A stretch of DNA of 64,000 bases from contig CM052817.1 of the NCBI GenBank assembly GCA_028534125.1, positions 39,310,001-39,374,000 on the forward strand. The letters run 5' to 3'. Of the stretch, positions 37,701 through 49,530 are shown piece after piece. The notes under the pieces are model-generated. The model worked only from the letters and a program-made list of their open reading frames with translations, had not been told where the DNA came from and did not search any database. A program made the translations under genes and the position numbers. Within the stretch, counting starts at the first letter, position 1. Every line of letters starts with the position of its first letter. The stretch comes from Lama glama (taxonomy: Eukaryota).

Positions 37701-39679
37701 ACCACACAGCAGTGTGACACAGAGTAAAGTTCTTCTAAAAGGAGCTGAACAAATCTGAACTTTGAACCTGGGCAAAGCCCGAGTGCGAAGTGGGAGCCAT
37801 CTGGGTGCTACACAGGGACCTTAGCTAACATGTCTTTTGCTTCCTCCAGGCTTCAAAGGAAAACTTCAAAGAGCTGCTCTTGGCTGTTAACTTACCCATC
37901 GTCAGACTCTCACAATTTGAAGATCTTCTTATATGATTGGGTGGTGATTAAGTCTTTTAAACATCAAATGAAGCTCAGACAGTTTGCCAATCTACTGTCA
38001 TCAGAGAAGAAAAATCGTAACGTCATCCAATTGTAATAAAAGTTTGGGTCCTGTGATGGCTCTTTTCTCTCGGGCTTGGCTTCCATGTGTGCTGGGCATG
38101 AGCCCAGCTGCCAGCTGGTCTACCACATAGTGGGGCATGGTTCCCTATGCCCTGACAAATCTTTTGCTTTTATCTCCTCCATTTTAAAAGGCTCTGCTAC
38201 CATATACAATCTCTCTTCTCTCCTTCCAGAATCTTTTGCTGGGGACAGTACATATTGTTTGAAGACGATGGTGCAGCAGTGAGTTCTGCTAGAGAAATGG
38301 AATTTATACCCTGCTCTGCTCCAAAAGTCACACACCACTCCAGCATTGAAAACAATGAGTTTATTAAAGTCATTTAATTGGTGCAATCTGATTTATTTCT
38401 CTCAAATGTGGAGCAGCCAGGCAGGCTGAAGAATAATGTCTTGGCTCTTCAGAGGTTCCCTTCATAAGACATGACTTAGAATCTTTAGTGGGCATTGAAG
38501 AAAAAAGGAAACCTGATGTGTATTTGTAGAGAAATATTAATAATAGTTTGATAAAAAGTAAGAAGAAACCTGCTTCTTTCTCTGTACATAATAAGCATGA
38601 TTAATGGGACCTCATGGAATTGGAATTTTATAAAAGATTCCATTTGTAAGTAGGTCTTCAGAAACTATTTACCTAATAGCTAGCAACAAAACAAGACAAA
38701 AACAAAAGCAAACAAACAAAAAACCTTAGTCTTTTACAATAAAAAGTTCATATGAGCAGCTTCCAAATCAGATATTTAGCTCTTTGGGGACGCAATGCTG
38801 TCAGCTGAATCTCCCTGTAAAATAAGAGGTTGAGTCAGTCAGGATCCCAGCAGAAAAGAGACGGCCCACTCAGACTGGGTAATTCAATATAAGTTTAATA
38901 AAGAGCATGTTTACAAAAGTGTGTCGGGTCTGGGAAACCACAAGGAATAATGCTCTTCTCCAGGACACATATCCTGAGTGTGGACAATGCCTTGCATAAC
39001 CTGGAAGGCAGGGGCAGGAGGTACTGACCAGAAGAAAGGGAGGGAGGCAGGGGAGGGAGAGGGGGGGAAAACGTGAAGCCCAGTGTCTGGGGCTCTGGAG
39101 CTTTGGTCAAGCTCCACCCTCAGCAACCCCCCAGAGTGAGAACCAGGAGAACAAACGCCCCGGCCTCACTCTCTGCCCTTCCTCTGGCTGGCCGCAGGCA
39201 CGCTCCAGTGGGATGGCCCACCGCAGCTAAGCCTCCCACAGCTCAGAGCAGAGTGAGAACAGGCCTGAGGGAGGGTGAAGAGGAGCAAAGGGAAGTGACC
39301 ACCAAGGAGATTTTCCCCTGCGTGCCTTTGCCTGAGGCAGGAGAAGGAGGGAAGGGAATGCTGAGCAAAGAGAAAGATAGGAAAAAAAGCCAGCCCCATG
39401 CACTAGGGTCTCCTGCACCACAGTTTTATACAAACCTCCAGTCAGAGCTGGCCTCCAGAGAGCCCCCACCTCCCTCCTGAAGTCCTCACAGCGTGTCTCT
39501 CTCGTGCCTCATTTCCCTCAGCTCTTGTCATAAATACCACGACCTCTTCCCCTCCAAGGAGTTATCTCTTGATACTTCAAAGTGCCAGACTTCTTGAAGC
39601 TACGTAACTTTTCAGTAGGGCACGCTTGAGGATGCAACATTTCCTAAAACTCAAAGAGAGATAACAATAAATCCAGGCA

Positions 39680-39770
39680 CCCAAGGGGCAGAGCTCAGTG
39701 GTAGAGAGTGTGCTTAGCAACCACACGGTCTTGGGTTCAATTCCCAGTGCCTCTACTTAAAAAATAAATA
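39680..39770 (+). mobile_element. tRNA-Ala-derived SINE (camelid vic-1 type) with TSD
   Basis: A box gagctcagtgg, gcttagca anticodon-like loop, B box ggttcaattcc and (TAAA)n tail. TSD aataaatccaggca (39666-79) / aataaatacaggca (39771-84). Confidence 0.9.
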
Positions 39771-40009
39771 AATAAATACAGGCATTTATTACACACTCCG
39801 AAGATATGAGATACTTACCCGTATACTGGGCTGATCGGAGCTGTGGAAAATATCAAAGGAAAGGAGGTGAAATACTTTTAAGGAGGTAACTCAAGTGGAA
39901 TTGTAGGTGGTCAAGGTGCTTTTCGGCAGCGTTGCCTTTAAGTTACGTCATGAGTTCTTCCTGTTTTTCTTACTTCTTGGGCCTACCCCTCTGGTCCTTT
40001 CCTTTTTGA

Positions 40010-41030
40010 GTTCATTGTAAATCAATCAACAAGTATTTATCGTGAGTCTCCCCTGTGTCAAGCACTGTTCTGGGCCCTCTAAAGCTGTGACATGCTCAGA
40101 GAATTCAGAGAAACAGCCAATCTGTATGCAGATTTCTGGACAACGATCTACATTCAGTTTCCCTTGATATTCAAGTTCTTTAAAGAGATCCCTGTTCTTT
40201 CCTCGTGGAGACTCAATTCACTACTCATTTTATGTTTCACAACTTCATGCTCATAAATGGCAATTTAGACTTCCTATATTTTGCTTATTCTGTGTGGGTT
40301 ACACTACACAGTCCCATTCACACAATGTAGTCTTTCATGTCAAAATCATTGCCAGAAATCATTATCTAGATGGAAGAATGAAATCTGACTTGATTTTGTT
40401 TGTCCTAGCATTAAAAGCATGGCAATAATGACACAGAAAAGCAGCACAAACCTGGAACTCTAAAATAAGGGCTTTTGTTGGAAGAAAAAAGTTTAAGGGA
40501 AAATGAAATGTATTAAACAACCAAATCAAACAGGATGATTGGTTTCTTGTACACTGGGGAGACATCAAGGCCAGAGACAACGTGGGGCATCCTCGCTATA
40601 GCCATGTTATTCTGGCGGATGGGGATCAAAGAGGGGCATTACAGATGCGCTAACGACGGGCGTGAGCAAGAGTGGAGGTGTGCGACTACCTGCCAGGCCC
40701 AGGACTGAGGTGGAAGAGGAAGGTTTGCCTAGAAGGGAAGATTGGGTTCTGACCGCAGAGAACCTTAAATGTCTGCTAAGGAGTACGTGAGACACGGGAA
40801 AGCTCTGAAGGGTTTTGTTTCATTTATTTTTTAACAGGGAAGTGAAGTGATCAGAACCACAGTGATGCAGTAATGGGAAGTTAGAAATAGCACGGTCACT
40901 GGGCAGATTGCAAAGACGCGAGTGAAATGGCTGAAAGCCGGATTCGATCTATGCAGGTCAAGTGAAAGGAAGCTCAATAAGTAGAATAAGGAAATTCTAG
41001 TAATCATTTAAACGAACTTAAGAGAAGAGC
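40010..41030 (-). mobile_element. L2 fragments (3' end ~40010-40100, body ~40560-41030)
   Basis: tcaatcaacaagtatttatcg...tgtcaagcactgttctggg and gggaaagctctgaagggtttt...agtgaagtgatcaga. Confidence 0.6.
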
Positions 41031-41524
41031 ACTGCCAGGGATGGAATCTGCAAGCCATGTTTGTTTTGAGTTCTATGTCATCCCATAAACAAGGCTGAAG
41101 GAAGGCAAAAAGGGATAGTGTGTGCAAATCTAGAAGCTTATGAGAGAGAGAGAGAGAGGAGGTGTGCAATTTCACTGTCACTCTCACGGCCCCTCAGTCA
41201 TCCTCTAGTCAAAGTTAGTAATCATTTACCTGCCCAACATCCCAAGTTTCCATAAAACTGAAGCATACATTACCTTTTTGATGTTGAAGAGATGCCGACA
41301 GTCCATGTCAAGATTTGATCCAAAGTGCAAAGTGATGCTGATGAGAAACATAAAGGCCAAATTACTCCCTCTCTCTGGTGTCACTGCCCAGCTCCTAAGC
41401 CCCTGTGACCCCCATCGTGTTGCTGCAAGTCACAGCACTGAATCAGGGCTGCCAGACTGGAATGGTAGAGTGGACAGTGAGCTTCACCTCTGCAACAGAC
41501 CTTATCCTTGAAGTACGGTCAAGA

Positions 41525-41665
41525 AATGATTTGCTTTCCACTCACTGGAATGTCAACTCCATGAGAGAAGGGTATTGATCTGCTCTTGTCCACTGCCCTA
41601 TGTCTGGTACATGGTAGGCAGCGAGTACGCATTTGATGGATAAATGATTGATTTAATGAATGAAA
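41525..41665 (+). mobile_element. L2 3' end
   Basis: ctggaatgtcaactccatgaga...ctggtacatggtaggc...aatgaatgaa. Confidence 0.8.
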
Positions 41666-41728
41666 TCTAAATGATTCTTTACATAATTTACATTAAATAA
41701 GTATATATGTATATAAAAATATTATATA

Positions 41729-42063
41729 CAGTTGACCCTTGAACAATGCAAGTTTGAACTACATCGGTCCACTTATGTGCAGATTTTTTTCAATAAATTC
41801 AGTATTTTTATTTCCATTTTACAGGTCTTTAAATTAACTAAGTATGGGGGAAAGTTTGTGCTGGATTTGAGAGCACAGTATGTGGAATCAAAAGAACTAG
41901 GGTTTGAGTCCTGATTCTGTCCGAACTGTTTCAGCTTCCTGCCCTTGGGTGAGTCATTTATCAGTTCCTTTGTTTTTGAGGCAGAGAGAGCAGCAGTGCA
42001 TGGATTTTTCAACTGTGTGGGGGGTCAGCAACCCTAACCTTTGTGTTATCCACAGGTCAACTG
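41729..42063. mobile_element. Tigger2-family non-autonomous element with MIR-like internal sequence
   Basis: TIRs cagttgacccttgaacaa / ...caggtcaactg, with TA at 41727-28 and 42064-65. Confidence 0.9.
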
Positions 42064-42929
42064 TATTACACATCACACACACACCATGGAAATTACTGTC
42101 ACTAGAACTTAGCTCAAAAAAAGAAATTTAAAACTCATTTTGAAAGCAGGTAACTATGTGAAAACTAGAATTGAGACCTGTGGACATTATGCTGTATGTA
42201 CCTCTAAAAAAAATGGCTAGTAGGGTCATGTTTTATTATTAGCTTTTTAACTTTGAAATCATTAGATTTCATTGGTAACCTCATTTTGCTACCTGGCTCA
42301 AAGCCCCTGCCCTGGTAGCAGTTTTCATTGCAAAACTTCAGTAGGAAGATTGAACAAAGAACAAACTGGGGACAAGGAGAAGGAAGTTCAGCAGGAAGAA
42401 CTGAGCATGGTCACCTCAATCTCTACCAAGTTGCCGAAACTGGGAAACCAAGAGTCCTGCCAGATCCCTCTCACTAGCTCAGGCCACATGCAGATAGATA
42501 CCAAACTTGGCGGTTCCCCAGTGATTTTCAAAGTATGCCTAGTTGGGTGAGAAGGTGGAGGGCAGGGGCGCCACTTGGACAGAACGACCCTGCTGTAGGG
42601 TCCCATGTAAGTGCAAGGTTTTGTCTGATAGAAAGAATTCCACTGTGATAGCAATTTGGGGGGAAACCTTACCACTTTTCTTCTGTGTCCATACCTCTTC
42701 CCACATCCTACAGCCTTGGCCCCAGTCAGGCCTTCGTCATGTGCACTTGGATTATGACAAAGGCCCACGTGCTGTTGCCTGCCTGTGCTCCTCCTCCATC
42801 GTGCTCCTGCTCCATTCCTTCACCAGAAAATCATTTGCTTCTTTCTGTCCTCAGATTTCTTCAATAGTTGCTTTTGGAAGCTGTGTAAAACACTAAATAT
42901 CTTTGCATAGGCAGCAAAACCTCTAAAAT

Positions 42930-43165
42930 CTCTTTTTTGTCTACCTGTCTGGCTCCTCTCCCACCAGTCACCCCTTCCCCATCACTGCTCCCACAGTAGC
43001 ATTATTCTACGTATCATCTTGCTCAGTGGCCACACAGAATCCCATCTCTGTACCTTTGTGCCTACTGATCCTTCTGTCTGGAATGCATGCCTTTGTGTGT
43101 TCCTACTCTTCTTTAAAATCCCCCTCAAGCACCACTATCTCTGGGAAGCCTTTGACACCATCCCA
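42930..43165 (+). mobile_element. L2 fragment
   Basis: tacctttgtgcctactgatccttctgtctggaatgc...cctcaagcaccactatctctgggaagccttt. Confidence 0.7.
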
Positions 43166-43780
43166 AGAAAATCAAGAGACAGCTACATTTTTGGAACCAC
43201 AAGGCAAATTATCTATTTTCAAGAATTCCAAGTTCTCACTTTTCTATTCTTTTACAGAAAAGTTCTCAATTTTCTCTTTCTCTCTCCCTCTCTCTCTCTC
43301 TTTTATTTTTTCACCCAGTGCTCTCAATGTATGCATTTTATGGTACTCAGCTTTGAGGAAAATGTAAGTATGACATAAGCCTGTGCCTTCAGGAATTTGC
43401 AGTCAAATTGTGGCACTAATTTACGGAATTTATCAGGCATTTTCCAGGTGATATACTTACCCTTGTCACCAACCCACACCTCAGGAAGACCGTGACACTA
43501 CAGGCTGGGCGACTGGCCAGTCTGAGCTACTTGCCAAGTAACTCACTCTCTAGCGTTTGGTGCTTGGATGGGATACATGCTGTCTTATTTAACCGTCATG
43601 AGTTTTACATAAGAAGAATATATAATTACTATTGCATGTCAAAGACTTTCCTTATTAATTGGAGGAATAGAAACTTTTGGTATTAAAACAATAAAATGTA
43701 AAATCTGTTCATACTGAGGTTTTAGAATGGTTAAGAAAAAAGTAAGGCAATGAAAACCAGTAGGATAGTGGATAAAACTG

Positions 43781-43890
43781 GGACGTTGACAGCCGCGGAG
43801 CTCGCGCTGCGTTTGTGATGCCTGCTCTCCGCAGGTTGCTAGCATCTGTGGGGCGCTGCGCCTGCAGCTGTGCACCTGCTGCCGGAGGGA
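43781..43890. promoter_or_regulatory. Small CpG-rich patch with clustered E-boxes
   Basis: 10 CpGs in 110 bp against a CpG-depleted background. CATCTG 43843, CAGCTG 43865, CACCTG 43873. Confidence 0.4.
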
Positions 43891-44859
43891 GATATGAAAT
43901 GAACAAAATAATCTAACCAACGCTAGTGGTTTTTTGACCCACTTCAGTTCACAATTGTTAATGTTTTAATAAACAATTGTTATTTTGTTTATGCATTAGC
44001 ATCTAGAAAAGTGCTATCTGAAGCTAGATGTAAATGGACGTAACACCTAGTCTCAGATCAATGCCTTCTGTCTAGTCATTGTTAAGTGTTTCTTAACTTG
44101 ACCTTTTTTTGCAACTTATGACAACTTCACTTTTTGGAGTCAAAGGCCTTCCTGATTCGGGCCCAGATTCAGAAAACTCTCGAACTGTCAGGATTTGTAG
44201 TGGATGTTGTGTAGAATTCACAGGGCATGTGGTCTCCCACGCAGTGCCACGCGGCTTTGCTGCAGCTCGCTCCAGCCGTGCCTGTGGTTTCTTTCTGCCT
44301 TCGTCACTGGTTGACACTACTAAGCTACTTTGTGATGCACTTGGAGATGTAACTGTCCCGGGACTCTGCCACTTGGCTGGCCATGCTCCTCCTCCTCTCC
44401 CAGTCCAGCTGCCTGCTCGAGCAGGACCCAGTCCCGACTGCCCCGTTCTTCTCCTCCTTGTGGTTAACCACCAAAAAAGCACAAAAAAGAAAATGCACAA
44501 AATGTGACAGGAGGCTGGTGAGCTGAAGCTAACTTTTCTTACCATAGCGGTATCACGAGGCGCTTTGTTACTCACTGTTAATGTTGCCCTTTGTGACTAG
44601 AATGAGTATTTGCACCACTCTACTCTGGTGCTAAACGCGGCAGACAATTTGCACACTCTCCTAACTCCAGTTTAAAGAGACGTTGCTTCTTTATTCTTTA
44701 TTACTACCAGCCCAAATCTCTATGGGTAAGTGTCTCAAATTGTGAGAAGGGTGGAATATTTACTGCAAGACTGGTGAGATGTGGCATATTGGAGTCAATT
44801 TTTATTTGCCTCTTTATCATAAAGCTTCCCTTATTCCAGCAACAGACTCCGCTTTTGTA

Positions 44860-45323
44860 TTTGGCTATGCACCTGTTTTCAGTCCATGCGGTCTGCGTGG
44901 GGTGCTACGCCAAGCTTCCCAGGCTGGTGCCTGTGATCCCACCCGAAGTCAAAGCACCAGTTCTCCTGGTGATGGCGGCACATTCAGCCGTGGACACGTG
45001 AGCTCAGCCCATGAAGTCAGAGTGCCTCTCAGGCCTCGCTGACCCATTTGACTTGAACCTGAAAAAATATGAGGCAGGCAAAACTGCAGCTATCTTGTGA
45101 TGACGTGGAACTGAAAGAATTCAATATGTTACACAGAGGACGGCAGAGGGAGAGCTCGTTCTGAGGGTGCTGTTTGAAATCTGAATGCAGCCCTACCTGA
45201 AGGCCTATCTCTCCCTAGACTTTCCACTACTATAAGCCAATACATTTCCTTTTCAAAGAGTTTATTTAAACCAGGTTGAGTTGGGCTTTCTGTCACTTGC
45301 AAAGGAATGAGTCGTGTGTGACA
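44860..45323 (+). mobile_element. Old MLT1-family MaLR LTR
   Basis: gcagctatcttgtga...tgcagccctacctgaag...agccaatacatttcc...ttaaaccaggttgagttgggctttctgtcacttgc. The 5' boundary is uncertain. Confidence 0.75.
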
Positions 45324-46556
45324 CTGTCTGACACGCTGTGCTAAGTTTAAACACACAGGTACTCTGTCTCTTCTCGGGGATTTGAACTTGGCACAGATCT
45401 GTAACAAGCAAATGTACTTCACAGACGTCTTCTAATAAGCTGTTCCTTATGTCAGACACGCATCATTTTACCTCCGGTTCTTCTAATAAACATCTCACTC
45501 TTTTGAGCCTTAAATTTAATTTTTCCTCTCCCCTTTAAGGAATATTTAATATTTGAAATCATTTTCTTTACTAAGGCAAGTACCAAATAGTTATTGTTTG
45601 TTCTGTTATCAACCCATACTTCAACTTTGTTGTGGTAAATAATACCATCTCAAGTACAAAGTGACCCTTTACAGTGTACGACGGAGGTACAGATTTCTCA
45701 TGCAGCTGTCTGAGCTATTCTGTCCTTTGTAACTGTGGGAAAGGCTCCAGTTAGCGGAAACACTAATAGATCCTTAATGAGTACAAAGATTATTTCGTCA
45801 CACCATCTTGGAGCTAGACTTATTTTAAAATAGATTAGCTCCTTGCTTCTTTTCTGTTCTCTGTAAGAAACAACCAAGCAAACCATGTGTGGCACTTTTG
45901 TCCCTGTGACCTAATTTCCACCTCATTGTAGCACTATTAGGCAAAAGCAAGTATATTTTTAAATAAATGTCACTTACTATAAGAGGCTCTCTACCTAGCT
46001 AGTTCACTCACCTTTTAGCAATAAAGAATTAAGAATATTTCAGTAGTACTTATAAAAAAATAAAATGTATACTAGGAAAAGGGGAAATGCTTTTGTTGTT
46101 TGTTCTTCCTATGAATGTTCAAGTGATTTCTATATAAACAAGAAAAGTGGTAATAGCAAGTAATGTTTATGAAATGTAAGGGTAAGAGTCATAGCTTCCC
46201 TTTGTTTTATGAAAAAATATTAATAATAGAGACTGCTTTCTCCCCAAGGAGGAAATATTTGGCTACATTTAGACGGACAAATATTTTAGAATATCTTTAA
46301 AGTATAAAATAAACAAAGCCATTTTCTTTCTCAGGAAGGGTTATGTGATACAGCTCTGTCACTCCTTCTATGTGTGCCCTCTTTAATGAGGTAATACTGT
46401 CTGTCCACTTCCTGTCTGGGGACGTTTTGCAGAGGTAGATATACTCCAAGTATGTTTATTTACCAGCTCCCATTACTTTCTTCAATTCCCAGGAGGACTT
46501 TTTTTCTACCCACAGACCACAATGAGGGGAAAAATTGTTAAAAAAAATACAACCGT

Positions 46557-46680
46557 TGCCGAGCGTAGGGCAGTGTGTACGTGTGGGTGGGGAGGGCTAT
46601 GTGCGAACTCTCTGTTTTCTGCTCAATTCTGCTGTGAACCTGAAACTGCTCTAAAAAAATAAAGTCTATTAATTTTAAAA
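46557..46680 (+). mobile_element. L1MC/MB-type 3' tip with decayed TSD
   Basis: gaactctctgttttctgctcaattctgctgtgaacctgaaactgctctaaaaaaataaagtcta. Flanks aaaaatacaaccgt / aaagatacaactgt. Confidence 0.85.
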
Positions 46681-47219
46681 AAAGATACAACTGTGTCCCT
46701 TGTAGCCCTACATCAATTGCTTGCTTATGTGCTTGCTTTGGCTACCACATTTTCAATTTTTATCAAACTGATTCTCTGAATTTTTCTTTTTTTAGATTTG
46801 AGTAAAGCAAACGTTACTTCAGTTCCCCCAACACAGCCTCTGACCATATGACAAAATTTGACCACCAAAGTCCACAGGAAGAAAACTTTTTGTTTTTGTT
46901 TTTGCTTTTTTTTTAGCGGGGTGGTTTTTGTGTGTTACCTCTCTCAGCCAGCAGTCCTTTTTCTTTTTTCTTTACCCTTTCTCGGCATCTTTTTTTTTTT
47001 CTTTCCCTCCCAGTTTCCACACAATCCCAGAAAATCTTTTGTTCACTGTCAGGTCAACAAGAAGCCAAATTAAAAACTAACAACTTTTGAATTTCAACAG
47101 CCAGACAAAGTGAATGTTGACTAAGAAGCGAGAAAAAGAAAAGAGGGGAAAAGACCTTAAGGAAAGAAAAGACCAGCTGAGGGATTTGGAGGGCAGCGGC
47201 GCTGGAGGGGCAAGGCTGC

Positions 47220-47800
47220 CTCGTTTGATGTGGGAGGTCTGAGCACAACCTGCTGGGATGCTCTCTGGGACATCTCATTAACCGTGTCATCAAAGCCCCC
47301 TCAGGTCCAGCGAATCATAACATTATCTCTGACATTACCACACAGATACAAGGTTCCCGAGGCAGTCTATAAACATGCCTGTACTAACCAATTCATCGCG
47401 GCTTGACACCCCGGCAAGGGCTGGATGCCCTTTAGTGAGCTCTGTGAATTGCCCCAGTCATTCATCAAAGTTTCTTGGAGTGCATTTCACACAGCATTAA
47501 ATTTAATTAAAGCAACATTGACTGCATTGTAATCCTCGGGAGACTCTTTGTCAGAGGGCTCTGGAACACTTTCAGCTTAAAATATCTATTGTTTTCTTGG
47601 AGTTTTTCTTGGTTGTTGGGTTTAGGGTTGGAGCTGTTTTGTGTTTTTTAAAGGTTGGATATCCGGATCAGATTGAAGCGGTGTGACTTTCCCTTCCTCT
47701 TTTCTCCTCTTTCTTGCTCCATCTTTTTTGGCTGCTGCTTCTCCCTCTGCTTTTGTTAATTTCCAGAATCAGAAAACCTGAGAATTTGCTATCAAAGTAG
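47220..47800. promoter_or_regulatory. Candidate Wnt-responsive/homeodomain enhancer
   Basis: TCF/LEF-type sites GTTTGATG 47223, CATCAAAG 47288 and 47463, ATCAAAG 47791. TTAATTAA at 47503. Confidence 0.4.
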
Positions 47801-49269
47801 CTCAAGATAGGGGGTCACCAAAATTAAGTGGCTGTGTGGCCCCAGTAATGCCATCCGCACACATTAAGAACGCAGGTGTGCACAAGCACACAGACACCTC
47901 CACGCAGAGATGCACTCAGATCCAAGCCTAAAAGGGCCAAGAAGCCCAGCACAGGCTTGAAAGTTTCCATGTAAGAATGGCACTGTAGTCAGAAATTGCA
48001 TGGAAGATGTTATTTTAACTGAAAATTGTAGTGGTTAACTGTACATAATTCTCCTAGACCCTTGGTGTCCTTAGTGATGTTTTAAAGTAAAAGCCTTTCA
48101 TTGGTGCGGCTGAGGAAAAATAAATGTCTTTTCTTTTCATTAGCAGAGAAAACTCGATGGCAAGGCGAGGAGAGCGTATCCAAGAAAGTCAATGAGCTAT
48201 TCTAATATCCTTTAGTGCCTGTATCACAGCTGAGTTATTTATGGAGAATGCAGATGTGTGTGTGCGAGGGGGTGTGTGGGGGTGTGCTGTGCGATGGGGG
48301 TCCATTAGGCAGGAAGGGAAAGGAAGGAAAAATGAACAATAAAATGAAACGTATGGGGAACTTCAGAGTATGCCTTTACCTGCTGATATTATCTAGCTTC
48401 TTTTTGAAAAACATATGGATCCTAAGTTGAATTCCCCCTCTACACCTACCCTCACAAAATATGCAGAAAAATCCAAAAGCAAAGGCCAAATGGCACAACT
48501 TAATTGTGGTAATTTGGGGCCAGTATAAACTGGTTTAACCAGGATCACATTGGTCTAAATAGAGAGCTAACATTTTCCTTTCACAGACTATTCACACTAA
48601 GTTTATTTACTTGTTCTTGCTGTTGTGTGATTGTACCTATGACTTGATTTCCCCATTAAGTTTCCGTGGGTTCAATGTTGTGAATTTGGTGAATCGGCCC
48701 TACTAGGCACTACTAGGTAAACGTATATGCATCTAATCCACTTTGCAGAGATAGATACCATTTAAATTTCATGTTTCAGTTTCTTGGTTCGCAAGACGAA
48801 AATAACAAGATCTAGCTTACTGAGTTCTTAGAGATACCGTAAAGACCATACAAAATAATGCATATAGAAGTTCCTTGAATAGAATTAACAAGCTTTATAA
48901 TTGTAAGGTGATTTCTGAGAGTAAAGTATCAGCTAAACAAAGTGACAAAACTGTAATTTTTTTCTAAATTAAAACATTTGTCATCCTGATGAATGATTTG
49001 AAACTCAAAGCATCACATACTTTCTTTTGAATTTGTATGATAGCGAATAAGAAATATGGAGAAAGAAGAGGAGGATGAGAAATTAGAAAGGACCAAATAA
49101 CAAATTAAAAAAAACAGCTTTAACAACATATAATCATGTAGTGAAAAAAGTAAGAGACAGGAAATGAAAACATTGCTTAACACAAGTATGTCAGATTTGA
49201 AAGGACTCTGGGAAGAAATCTACCTTGGGGTTAAAAACAATTTTCTGATCCCACGTTGCCTCATAGTAG

Positions 49270-49530
49270 ATGTATCTTGTGGTTAAAAGAAAAGATAGAA
49301 TACAGAATTGTGATGGAGGGCACCAGGTTGGGGTCATGCAGGCCTGGGCCAAAACTCCAGCTCCATGTCTTACTAGTTGTGTGATATTGGACAATTGCTT
49401 AAGTTCAGGTTCTCGATTTCCCATCCATAGTATGAGGATAACAGTATCGCCCTCTCAAGGCACTTATAAATTTCTCATAAAGATTATAGAAATTAATGTA
49501 TGCAAAGCCTTTATCCAAGAGATTGGCATG
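49270..49530 (+). mobile_element. MIR SINE
   Basis: ctccagctccatgtcttactagttgtgtgatattggacaattgcttaa...tttcccatccatagtatgaggataacag. Confidence 0.85.

Larger units (their letters stand above)
36052..43461 (-). ncRNA. Hypothetical spliced minus-strand transcript (candidate donor at 43461 and exons 41274-41337, 39819-39840, 36052-36394)
   Basis: Splice-site sequence only. Donors AGG|GTAAGT, AAG|GTAATG, CGG|GTAAGT and GAA|GTAAGT, with pyrimidine-rich acceptors. No expression evidence. Confidence 0.2.

Noticed and set aside
39680..39770. Functional tRNA-Ala gene
   Set aside because: The acceptor and anticodon stems are broken, and there is an A-rich tail and TSD, so it is a SINE.
44093..44575. 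Longest ORF in the track (160 aa) and its antisense partner
   Set aside because: No recognisable domain or convincing exon boundaries, and the length is within chance for locally GC-rich DNA.
44626..44656. miR-29 (TGGTGCTA) and miR-19 (TTTGCACA) 8-mer sites suggesting a 3' UTR
   Set aside because: No upstream coding exon is evident, and isolated 8-mers are expected by chance in 64 kb.
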